NCBI GenBank assembly: GCA_029953675.1
Contig: JAMWBK010000005.1
Location: 3,038,001 to 3,102,000, forward strand
Direction: 5' to 3'
DNA length: 64,000 nucleotides
Source: Rhodosorus marinus CCMP1338
Taxonomy: Eukaryota > Plantae > Rhodophyta
Shown here: piece after piece, positions 37,573 through 48,582 of the stretch
Layout of the letters: each line of letters opens with the position of its first letter
Position numbering within the stretch: position 1 is the stretch's first letter
The notes under the pieces: generated by a model
Seen by the model: the letters and a program-made list of their open reading frames with translations, nothing else
What the model was told of the DNA's origin: nothing
The model's database searches: none
Program-made: the position numbers and the translations under genes

Positions 37573-38757
37573 ATGTACAATTTCACGAACCAGGATGGCC
37601 GCAAGGTCGAGACCAGGCGTAGAGTTGCCAACAAGCATAAGCGGCGACAGCTCGGTGGAGTAGGGTTGAAAGCTTGGGTGGTTGGACTAGTCGGTGTTGT
37701 TGCGCTCGGTGTGCTTTTACTAACTCTGGTATTTGGGTCTCGAAGAGGAAACCGCATTCCTGTGTTTCCCCATGGTCATCGTTACATCTTTGTGGCATCG
37801 CCCGGGCGTGCTGGGAGCGGATTCCTCAGAAACGTTTTTGGTAATCGGTGCTTTCGATGCAGTTGCTCACTTCTGTTCGCGCTGTCCTCGACTGAACGTT
37901 TCTTTGCTGCCCGCGCAGGATGTGCCAAAGGCGTACTCAGTCGGCACGAACCTGCACCGAAGATGAACGGTCATGTTCTGGAGGAAGTGCTTATTCGAGG
38001 AAGAAGGCAAGAGTCGTTTCCGCGACGTAGTGAGGAGAAATTGAAAGGGATATCTGAGGACCTCCTAGGGTATCCTATGGGCACGGTTTACGTGGAGACC
38101 TCGCACATGATGATAAAGACTTTTCTTGATGTCGTACTAGATTCCATAGCCGCAGAGGGTGTGCAGGTTGACATCGTGATCTTGCATCGGGATCCGCTGG
38201 AGGCAATCAGATCCCAATCGAGACTTGGATGGTTCCATTCCTCCCATTCAGGTAGGAACTCTTGGTATTTCTCAGTGAGTGACCTTCACCATACAGAGCG
38301 AATGGGGATTAGCATCCGGAAAGATGCGCTCTCTACCAAGTAAGCGCAAGAGAGTCACGCAGTATTGCCCTTCCCAACAAGATTTTGAAGACGCTGACCC
38401 TGCAATCCTCGTGTGCATTCCAGATATTCTCGACTGGCTGAAGTGGTTGCTTACAATGCAGATCACGAACGGAGAGTCCAGTCGATCATAGGCAAAGGGG
38501 AATCAGGCTTTTTACCGCCATCTGTGAAGGTCTCACAAGTCAACCTTGAGGATCTCAACAAAATCTCCGCGGTAGGAGCCTTCCTAGAGTCTTTAAATCT
38601 TGAAGTTGACGACGCCAAGCTTGCAATCCTATTCTCAATGGACAAGAACAGCCGGGATCGAAAGAAGAAAGACATGCTGTCTCAAGCCGAAGATTCCGTA
38701 CTGGCCTCCATACTTGACTCCTACAGTCTGACCTCCAGGAAGAGAAAAACTTTGTAG
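37573..38757 (+). CDS. Type II membrane-anchored P-loop sulfotransferase-family protein
   Basis: Exons 37573-37840, 37919-38339, 38424-38757. TM helix, 5'-PSB-like 'SPGRAGSGFL', 'HEP', and 3'-PB-like 'ILHRDPLEAIRS'. Confidence 0.72.
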
Positions 38758-38838
38758 CATATTCCTTGTTCAACTAGTCCTACGTTGACCTTGTACATTG
38801 ATTGTGAATAAAAGCCGTTTAATCGTTCTAGTCATCCA

Positions 38839-39486
38839 TCAGACCACCGGAGAGCGGAACTTTCCCCATATGTGCAGGAGGACAACGCTTGCAATGTAGA
38901 CGAGGCTCGTTATCAAAACTGAAGTAGGTCCCCTAAAGAACAGAATCGTGCAGCACAAGGATCTACGTGTTCAGGCGAAGAAAAGTTTTTGGCTTGCATC
39001 TTTGGCAATAATGAGGGCGGAGCTTACACTTTCAATCCTGGAGTATCTTCATCGTATGCTCGAATTGCGAACCACGGGTTGGACGATTGCGCAGGTGCTC
39101 TAGGCGCAGGGCCGGATTTGGTCGCCGTCTTCGCGGAGTTCGCCTTTGCGGTGTTTGCTCGACTAAAGTAAAACGGAGGCCCAACACTGTCAGAACACAA
39201 ATCATAGCCAAAACTCAAACAATCCATACACTATCATATCGAAGAATCAACCTCTATCCTTATGCAAACGAAGGAACGATATAGACTTACTTCCTCAATC
39301 CCCCAGCAGAAACACTTCCGCCCGCCCGCGGAACGCTTGTCGAAGCTTGATCTACAGAACCCTTAGTCTTTACAAGCGAACCGCCCAAAAAAAAAAGACG
39401 CAGAAGCGCAAAGAAAAGCCTCAGTAAGAAAACGGCCTACCAAGGCTAGTCCGACCAGCTCTGGTAAACCCAGACACACTCACCAT
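38839..39486 (-). CDS. SEC61B: Sec61 translocon beta subunit
   Basis: Four exons, the first consisting only of ATG (39486-39484) followed by GTGAGT. The spliced C-terminus '[36 protein letters not shown]' is the Sec61beta signature. Confidence 0.92.
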
Positions 39487-40209
39487 CTTGCTCAATGTCG
39501 GCCCCTAAGAAAAGACCAAAAACCAACAAAAACCTCCCAATCCAAATTCGCAAGAACTAGAATCAAAATCACTTCCTTCCAATACAAACTTTCCGATTAC
39601 CAACCCAACTTCCTTCCTTCCTTCCTTCCTTCCTCCCTCCCCAAACGCTTCCAAGTGAGAGTGGATTGCTCCTCTTAACACCTCTCCCAAACTTCACAGC
39701 TAAAGTCTGCTTTCAGAAGGGAGTATCCTACCGATACCAAAAAGTTTCCCAAAAACAAAAACATGAAGGAATAGGTTAAAAACCCCTGGAAACCCAAGAA
39801 AAGAAACTTAGCCCCTCAAAAACACATGGTTTTCGAAGATTTTTTATCATCGGCCTTCTTTGGTTTTGCCCTTTCCTGGCCCGCTTTTCCCGTCTATTCC
39901 TATGGACGCTCTTCCTTTTTTTTAAATGTAAATACGAATATTTGTACCCGTACTCAGCCGGGTTACAATTTTTTCTTTCGCCATTCTATATTCCCGACCA
40001 GATTTCTCGTTCTTCTTGATTTTGAAGAAAAACGAATTTACCTCTAATTATTCTTTTTCAAAATTATTTTTCTGTCAAAAAGATTGTTTATCAGTCAGTA
40101 TTGGAGATCTTGACTATCTTGTTCTTATGGCAATTGTTATTGGTGAGAGCAACCCTCATTTTGATTGATAAGACTTGCTTTTACCAAAAAACAAAACTTG
40201 AAAAGAACA

Positions 40210-40282
40210 TGGATTTCCGGGGCTTCGATCCCCGTACCTCGTGAATGCGAATCACGCACTCTACCAATTGAGCTAGAAACCC
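40210..40282 (-). tRNA. trnA-CGC: tRNA-Ala (anticodon CGC)
   Basis: 73 nt GGGTTTCTAGCTCAATTGGTAGAGTGCGTGATTCGCATTCACGAGGTACGGGGATCGAAGCCCCGGAAATCCA forms a full cloverleaf with G3:U70 and discriminator A. A T-run Pol III terminator lies downstream. Confidence 0.95.
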
Positions 40283-40285
40283 ATG

Positions 40286-40360
40286 AGGGATGAATGGGTA
40301 AAAACATAAATAGATACCTATATAGGGATGAGTGGGTAAAAACATGAATAGGTACCTATA
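40286..40360. repeat. 38-bp tandem duplication immediately upstream of tRNA-Ala
   Basis: agggatgaatgggtaaaaacataaatagatacctatat followed by agggatgagtgggtaaaaacatgaataggtacctata. Confidence 0.85.
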
Positions 40361-43300
40361 CTTTATTAGACATCAGTTCGTAGATCTTCCTCATCTTTTC
40401 TTTGATAAGTATTTGATTCTCAGTTCTTCCCGAAGCCGAGGTTTGGTGGTCTGCTAAAGCTCCCTAGAAGAGAACGAGTATTCCTGACTGCCAACCAAGA
40501 GTATACAGCTCTACGCCTTTGTTGAGCCGTCTGGGAAACGTGCTTCCCTCAAGATTCTTCGTTGATGTAGCGACTTCGAAAATTCGGGGGCGCTTACGCT
40601 ACGACCTAGATCACAGCTTCTCGCGGATACGTAGCTGTTTGAGGGATGCTCAATATGAAAACAATCAAGTAAAGTCTCTCCACCGTACTCCTAACAACGC
40701 GTACTCGAGGTTTGGTGTCCCAAGCTGCTTGTGCAAGCAACGAGTCTCTATTGCCCTCCTGCGCCACAAGTGCATCCCATCCGGCTTTGGCAGGCTACCA
40801 ACCCTGCAGAACGATTTTATCATGTGACGATGGAGCTGTGAAATAATGTCAAGAGGGTTATCAACCCCCCCATAACGAAAATTTGTCATGTGGGGAAAAG
40901 ACCGTGAAAATTGTGTCAACAAAATCCTGCACAGTGAGAGGTCAAAGACTGCCTAGCAATAGTGTCAGCAGGCAAGTTCATCGAGATAACCGAAAAGGCA
41001 GTACAACATGTTTTAGTAGACAATTGCAGTTTGAATCCAATGACCCCGCGCGCGAATCTTGGAGACTTCCGAGACAATGAATGGATGATGCTTAAACAGG
41101 GGAGCATTGGACGAGTTCACCGCATGCGAGAATTCGTCTGATGTAGGGAGCATTTCCGGTTTAGTAGCGGATTGCGACTTGCCTTCGTTTTTTCTTTTAT
41201 AGAGGGCCCGACCCTTGGCCCTCGCAGGTCAATCACCATCGTTTAGCCAGAGACAACAATCCTGTGATGAAGAATCGGTCAACGTTGTGCTGGAACGTAC
41301 ACTAACTTGGAAAAGAAAAGCGAGAGCGCGACTCAGATATCTTCCGTAGGATTCCAATTCCAGTAGACACAAAATTTCAAGACACAGAAAGTTCACCTTT
41401 TTTTTTGTCCTCTCGTATTCTCTTCCCTGGTCTTGGAGATATCCCTCACGATCTGAGGGAGCCCCATAAGGTCCGTTCTCGCTAGGAACATCATCGACTC
41501 TGCCACATCTACAACTCAGCCCGGCTATGTGAAAGCCCCCCATGCTTTAGCCGAAACGATACTCTCGTAAATCATTACTTTCTTGAGCAGAGTATTTTCA
41601 ATCACCAAAAAGGTTAGGATTTCATGTTCTCGCTGGACTTCAATCAACAAACGCGCTCGTTTCCCTAAATTCCATATTTTTGGTGTTGTTATTGCGAGAA
41701 CTCCTTCTCTCAATCAATTTTTGAGGGGAGTAGTATTGTCACCTTCTAAATTGCTGTTTCCAGAATTTTTTTCCTGCTTAAGAGTACGGAAAACGAAATC
41801 GAACCAAAAATGACATAAAGTATTAAAATAACAAAATAAAACTCTAGAACAATGGCAAGGAATGGGGCAGACCCTCATTCTGCTCACAGGTGTGTTCTGG
41901 TTCTTTCGCTGATATATTCGTCCAGACAAGATATACCCTGGACAAGCGCCCAGCACGGAAAAAGAGACAATAGACCGTGAAGGGGGGACCATCGCTTCTC
42001 CTTCGGACCGTCCCCCTAGTGGCAACAACGAACGGACGGATGCGCCAGAGAACAGAAAGCTAAGACAGGGAGACATCAGCGGAGCGTACCCCTTGCAACG
42101 AGGTACGCGAGGCTAGATTGCAAGGGAAGAATGCTCCGTGGGGACGAATATCTACGAGAGCCTTGATGCTGTTTATGGAAGCCCGGTTTCCGAGTCGCAA
42201 GACGCAAGAAAAAGAAACCGAAGAAGTGGGTGGCTAAGCAGTCACCCACACCCACCCCGGACACATTGTTGTTGTAAAACGTTCCAAAAACTATGTCTTG
42301 AATCGGCAATCAATATTCAGGATCCAAGTCCGGGATGCACAATTTCGGGATCTGAACATGCCGAGAAGATCAAAGCCAAAGAACAACCCGCTGTCTCAGA
42401 AAAAGTACGTACAGAACATTTTATAGACAACTACTAGCCTAGGACAATAATAATTCTATGAAATTCAATCTATTTATCATAAACTTGGTTCTTGTACTCT
42501 AAATTAGATGTTGCAGGGTCCTGTACCTAAAGCGCAACCAAAATCATATTATCTGCAATTTTTTACTTTCGGGGGCGTGTCTCGCGACGGTGACCTCCAA
42601 AATAAATAAATAAAAGAGAAAAGCGTTTATTTCCTCCAACCGATCGGGAAACCAGATCCGAATTCTATTGCTGGGTTGGTTTCATGTGAAAAATTTCCAA
42701 AATTAAAACTACTTCATCATTTAGTCGTTTCCCCCTCTTATGGTTTTCCTTGGACGTCTATTATGTGTTATAACTGTCCTATTGATTTTATCCTACTACT
42801 TAATTTATGAATGTATTATTGTATAAAAAGGTGGTGATGGTTATATGGGTCAATAGTTTTTAAAAGGGGTGGGTCAAGGTTTACTTTTTACCACAAAGCG
42901 TGCATCAGGGTCGGTACACAAAAATAATATTTTTGAAGAAAATATAAGTTACTAGTCTATCCTATTTCTCCATTGGACAAGGGTCTATCAAAAATGAATT
43001 TTTTTTTCTTCAATGCCACAAAAACAATCCCTCACCCTCCCCCCCCTTCTCCCCAAACAGCAATATTGCAGTAAAAGAAATGTTGATCCAAGTATACCCT
43101 CCTTACGAAACTGTTACCAAGAACCAAACGGTATATAAATTTTTCATTAAAGGATTCTAGGAAAATAGACAGGGGGGAAAAAGATTATTCCTTGATTAAC
43201 CCTCCACCCCTTCAACCAAACCCCCATCCCCGGGGGCAAAGAGAATAAATCCAGTCACCAAATCTGAAATTTAGTTCTTCGCGATTTGTGCAGATTTTAT

Positions 43301-44122
43301 TCATTAGATACTGTTCAGAGTCCTGAAATTACGAAATATTCGAGACAATTAGTACTATTTCCCTGAGAATGCTTTAAATTATTTTCTATTTTCTTGATAT
43401 GGATCTCGGGTATAATCGATTCCGTTGTATTAATTGCCAAACGGATATTAACCTGTAATCCTCCCTCACATTTGTTGAATTGTGTTTTTTTGTTATTTGT
43501 GAACTGGTTGATGGGATGAAGGCCTTAACGTTGAAGGATAAGCAATAGGGAAGGGCGGGGGCATATTCTCGACGGCAAGCAGCAGCTTATCTCTGAGAGT
43601 GCGAGCGGTTACGGGTGACGGGAAGGGGAGGAGGATAAACGGGAAAATATGCATGTCGAGATGGATTTTCTGGAGGACTGCTGATTAAAAAGCGGAATAT
43701 GGTCTTGGAGGGTTGGTAGAAGGAAACCGGGGGGTCTTGTGCTGTTGGAGCAAAAGTTGATGTACGTTGTCTTTGCTATGTTGTCGCGGTGGCGGCTGAA
43801 AAAGTAGGACGAGGGCTGTGGAGTGGATACGGGACAGTGGGAGGGTCCGTGGCTCCTTGACTTTTTTTCTTTGTTTTTGAGGAGAATCAATCGTTTGTTG
43901 TGTTCCTCGTTTTTTAGAGTAGGAAAACGAAGCTTGTTCTGGTGTTCAGGTCTGCTTGTTTTTGTGTGGAAAGTTGAGATAGACGGCGTTGTTATGTTCT
44001 GCGAGTGTTTGGTTGAGGAGAGGAGAAATCTGGGTTTTTGGTACTTAAGAGGTTTCTGCGTTCCACGCTCGATGCGGGGGAAGACTGGGCGTTATTGCAG
44101 AGAGGAGAAAATCGGATTCAGG

Positions 44123-44653
44123 ATGGCGTCGAAAGCGTTGATTATTGGTTTGAGCGTTGTTTTGCTGAGTTTATTGGTTGACACAGTCCCGGTGTCGATC
44201 AGACGAGAATGGACGATGACAGCGGGTAAGTCCAGGGTGAAGCTGATGGCTCATTACGAGAGTGTCAGGCTGATGGAGCATCAGAACGAGCGGACGGGAA
44301 CTGCCGTTTTGGCCCTGGCCGTGGACGCTGACGGTGCGAGCGAGTTGCTGATGACTGTTAACGGCAGGAGACAGGCTGGTGGGAGGTTCGAAATTCGAGT
44401 CCAGGGGGCAGATAGCCGCGACTCTTCTGAATCTCAAAGGGAAGAGGAGAGCACCGATGTCCTGTGGTGGTTCGGCCACTTTGAAACTTCCGACCGTCGT
44501 GCTTTGGAAATCTCCCCTCAAACTAAGTGCGTTGACGTCTCTGTGCTTCACAACGACGTCGTGGATGCTTTCCAGATTCTGAGTGACGGTGTAACCACCA
44601 ATGAGTATGTAGACGCCAGGAAAGGCTCATCGATCAGCTTCTGCAGAGCATAG
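44123..44653 (+). CDS. Secreted/signal-peptide protein of unknown function (176 aa)
   Basis: ATG 44123 is followed by the signal-like MASKALIIGLSVVLLSLLVDT and a beta-rich open frame. A G-rich leader lies upstream. Confidence 0.55.
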   Translation: MASKALIIGLSVVLLSLLVDTVPVSIRREWTMTAGKSRVKLMAHYESVRLMEHQNERTGTAVLALAVDADGASELLMTVNGRRQAGGRFEIRVQGADSRDSSESQREEESTDVLWWFGHFETSDRRALEISPQTKCVDVSVLHNDVVDAFQILSDGVTTNEYVDARKGSSISFCRA

Positions 44654-45507
44654 AAGCTGATCCCCTTGGATTAGAAGCTCCGGCCCTGCTCCTTTGGTTT
44701 TGTACAAAATTAAAGAATCAATTTATCTTCGTCTAAGCGCATTTTTGTCCCAATCTTTACACATACTGTCCCGTCCGTACGTCATCCTCGTTTCCTTTCA
44801 AGTGCCTAGATGCTCCTGTGACTCCCCGGGAAACACGCCAAGCTAACGTTGGACCTGCGCCGCCCTCTTAAAGCTTTACAAAGCTAGGATCCAGTTCCTC
44901 TAAAAGCAGTGCCCGTCCGAACAAAAGTCACGTCATAGCATCCTTGGGACCACACACGCGGACTGCTTGGCGCACAGAATAAGACCGGTGGAGCAAAAAC
45001 CGCACGATCTTCTTCAGACAAACATCCAGCCATACCCGATCGAAGTCAAGGACATGAGCGAATGTGCTCTTCCAAAGTCAACCGCTGTCAGCACATCAAC
45101 ACTAAAGAATGACACGAGCAAGTAGAGCACGGATCGAAGCTGGATTTGGTCTACCCGTCTAATAATCCACCCGTGTCCGCCATGAGTTCAGCTCGAGGGT
45201 TCTAGCTGTGCCCATAGATCGAACATGTCTTCTCAAGACCTTACCGATCCGCTATAGCTCTCAAGACACCGGGCATTCACTTCAGCCTCAAGCTACTAGC
45301 CGTCCGCGTAGAGCGATGACGCATCTTCGGACGAGCTTTGTCCCATCCGAAGTCCGACCTCGCAGCGTTGGCTTTAGGGAGTGAGTGCCCACTATACCGA
45401 AGCGATTGGTGGACTGGCGATGAGGAAGGAGAAGGACGCTTTGCTGTGATCAAGCTTTTAAGAGGTCTATTCCTAATTTATTCTGTCAAGTTTTGGTCTG
45501 GAAGTAC

Positions 45508-46233
45508 ATGATGGCTTCGTTTGATTTCGAACGGATGCTGAGTGCCTTCGAGGTGATTACTTTTGAGAAGGATGCTGAGAATTCGTTGCCGGACTCTGAG
45601 CCGTTTACTGGGGCGATGGAGAATGTAGGAATGCTGTTTGAACATCTCGGGACTGGTTTTGGGTTTATAAAGAATGATATTGAAACGAAAACCGCGATTG
45701 TGAGGGAGTCTACTAAGCAGGATCCGGTAGCGAATAAATCGCTTCAGGATGTTGTTGAGAGAGAGCTTGCCGAGAAGAAAGCTAGAGTTAAGAAACCTCC
45801 TAGTATCAGTAGAACTGTTCTGCGATTGATGTGGGCAACCAGGCAAGTCCATCTATCCACAAAGCAGCGACCTAAAACGACGTTAGCTTGATGAGAAGCT
45901 CTTACAATGGCGCCTGTTTCCCAACTTAGGTTTCTTTATATTCTGATGGGAAAGATTGGAGAGGCAGTCCAGCCTGGATCAAAGATGACACTTCGGGATT
46001 GTGTATCTCACGCCTACGACACAGCGCTCAAGCCGAACCACGGGTTCTTAATTCAGAAGGCTGCTGGAGCGGCGATGCTGCTTCTTCCAGACATTGACAC
46101 TTTCCTTACAAAGCTCAAAGTCGACAAAAGCAAGAGAGACGAATATCTGAAACGTATTGAAGACCACCTCGGACCGCTCGTTAGGAGAATGTACGGATAC
46201 TACGCTGAGCACGAGATTATGGATCTTCCATGA
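45508..46233 (+). CDS. GLTP-fold lipid transfer protein, CPTP/ACD11 type
   Basis: Exons 45508-45842 and 45930-46233, joined by a GC-AG intron. 'DIETK', 'SRTVLRL', and 'AY...L.P.HG' match the ceramide-1-phosphate transfer subfamily. Confidence 0.85.
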
Positions 46234-47262
46234 CCAGTTCGCGGATCCATTTATGTACTACCAAACTTGTCATCGGCAAGAGACAGATCTAACCTAAACA
46301 GCTTTTTCGAAGAGTAAGAGTAATGCAAGCCCTTGGCGCAATCCGCATAGATATAGAACCAGGTACAAAGTCCTCATCATCCTTTAATGAGCTCCTCACT
46401 CTTCTGGTGTGACCCGGCTTGACCCCTTTGCATGAACAGCGGACATGGCACTACATACTGCAACGTCAGACGCTTGTCACCTGGAACTCTTTAGGTCTAT
46501 CCTGACCATCTTCCGTGAAGATTCCTTGCAGCGCTCTCGCACACGAATCTGCTGCACTCCGTTCGCTCATCAAGTCACCACCGATCACTCATCATCATCA
46601 CTTGACCTGATGAAAGTGCTTCGTCGATGACTCAGGAGGGCTGAGGAACGCATCAGATGTCTTGTAAAGTATGGAAAGCTGCAGCTAACTGGATCTACCA
46701 TTCCCGCAAACGCGTTGAGGGCACAGGATCTGTCTCCCTTTCGCTCATCTATGATTTGATGACCCAACAGGGTCATACAAACACGCTTAAGTCCCCAATG
46801 AAAACTCGAATCCTCTACTCAGAAAGCTACCGAGCTCATCCAGTCCATCACTGGTCGTCAACAAGTCGATTTGTCAAACCATAACCAGGTCGATGACAGA
46901 AAAGGGGACTAAAATCGCTTTTGGATTTGGGAAGCATACCGCTCACAACGACAGACAAGCAAGCTATTGATACGAACGGAGAATCAGTGATCGATCACCT
47001 TCCTGCTCCCCACGCCCGTCCATTCCTGTTCACCGACGGTGACAATTAGCAAACCTGTTCGATGGAGATGAGAGGCAAACGGTGACGAAGGAAGTTTGAG
47101 GGCTGTTCGAGAGGTGGTTGCGAAGTAGGTCCATGCTCAGCTTAGATTAAACAATGAACTGTCTAAAGCAAGCTGAAGCAGGCGCTAAAACTGGAAAAGT
47201 GTGTGAGAGGCTAGCGATGTTGGGTAGGTGGTAAAGAGTCGGGGTCTGAAGTCTGACTGAGG

Positions 47263-48582
47263 ATGGAGAATTTCCTCAAGCTGGGATTGAGAGAGAGCAC
47301 AGCTCGGGCGTTTGCATCTTTTGGATTTCATCATCCGACTGGAATCCAGGCTCTTGCGATCCCGAAGCTGCTGAAGAATGTGGATAGGAACTTCGTAGTG
47401 GCGGCTTCGACGGGGTCGGGGAAGACGTTGACGTACATGGCAGCGAGTATTGAGCGCATGAGGGATCGTGAAGAGGCGTCTGAAGCAGCGGGAAGAGTGA
47501 CTCTTCCTGGACGTCCACATACCCTTGTTCTGGTTCCGACAAGGGAGCTTGGAGAACAGGTTCTTGGGGTGGCCAAGGCGTTTTCACTGGATGCGAAATT
47601 CCGAGCCGCCTCTCTCCTGGGGAACGTTCCTGTCAGCAGGATGAACACTGCTATGGAACAGCCGTTTGATATTCTAGTAGCGACCCCAGGGACGCTCGTA
47701 GATTGGCTGGAGTGCCGATACCCGAAAGTATTCCTTTCTTACGTTAAGGACGTCGTTCTTGACGAAGCGGATGCTCTGTTGGCTGGTAAAGGCTTTCCAA
47801 TCGTTATGAAACCAATCCTCGACAAGCTCAATCGAAGAGATCGTGATGGAAGCGAGCGTAAGCGAAGGTTTATTTACGTCGGAGCAACGGCGCCAACTAA
47901 AATGCTAGAAAAGTTAAGCAAGGACCACCGGAAAGATCTTGAGATCGTCAAATCGAGAGACCTACATAAGATCCATTCCTCTGGCGTGTTCGCCGAGTTT
48001 GTCCTCATTAAGCAACACGAATCGAGGTTCACAGAGCTTCGTAAAGCTCTCGAACAAGGCCGGAGGATGATCATATTCTGTAAACAAGCTTCGACAGTTC
48101 AGTTCCTCGCTCACGTCATCGCGGATATGGGATTTGGATGTTCGATGCTGTATGGATCTCAGCCAAGACCCAATCGAGCAAAAAACTGGCGAGAGTACTC
48201 CGAGGCCTTTGTTAATACGATTGTTTGTACTGATATCGCTTCTCGTGGTCTGGATGATATTACCACTGAAACTGTGTTCATGTATGACCCACCGAAGACG
48301 GGTGTGGATTACCTTCATCGCACTGGACGGCTGAGAGCGAAAGGCAAGGTAATAGTTCTTGTAAATAAGTATGAACTGAATGCCACCAGAGCAATGTTCA
48401 TCAGTCACGTTAGGAATGAGACGATGGAGGATCTTGATAGGTATGAATATGTTCGGCTGCTTAACCATGTGAGGACCGCGCCGAGGAAGAGAGGCATTTT
48501 TAGGAACGCGATAGAACCTGCTCAGGAAGATCTTCAACATAGAATTACCTCAAGCGATCGGAAGCGACGAGTGGAAGGTTGA
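47263..48582 (+). CDS. DEAD-box RNA helicase, RH39-like; true start may lie on an upstream exon
   Basis: Q motif, ASTGSGKT, PTRELGEQV, TPG, DEAD, GAT, TDIASRGLD, YLHRTGR. The 'AKGKV' after motif VI resembles plant RH39. Confidence 0.88.
   Translation: MENFLKLGLRESTARAFASFGFHHPTGIQALAIPKLLKNVDRNFVVAASTGSGKTLTYMAASIERMRDREEASEAAGRVTLPGRPHTLVLVPTRELGEQVLGVAKAFSLDAKFRAASLLGNVPVSRMNTAMEQPFDILVATPGTLVDWLECRYPKVFLSYVKDVVLDEADALLAGKGFPIVMKPILDKLNRRDRDGSERKRRFIYVGATAPTKMLEKLSKDHRKDLEIVKSRDLHKIHSSGVFAEFVLIKQHESRFTELRKALEQGRRMIIFCKQASTVQFLAHVIADMGFGCSMLYGSQPRPNRAKNWREYSEAFVNTIVCTDIASRGLDDITTETVFMYDPPKTGVDYLHRTGRLRAKGKVIVLVNKYELNATRAMFISHVRNETMEDLDRYEYVRLLNHVRTAPRKRGIFRNAIEPAQEDLQHRITSSDRKRRVEG

Noticed and set aside
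18559-38757. Polysaccharide biosynthesis cluster (GT47 plus sulfotransferase)
   Set aside because: The genes are 17 kb apart and separated by unrelated housekeeping genes, so this is not evidence of clustering.
46600-46660. CTGATGA hammerhead-like core
   Set aside because: No stem II followed by GAAA and no flanking stems can be formed.
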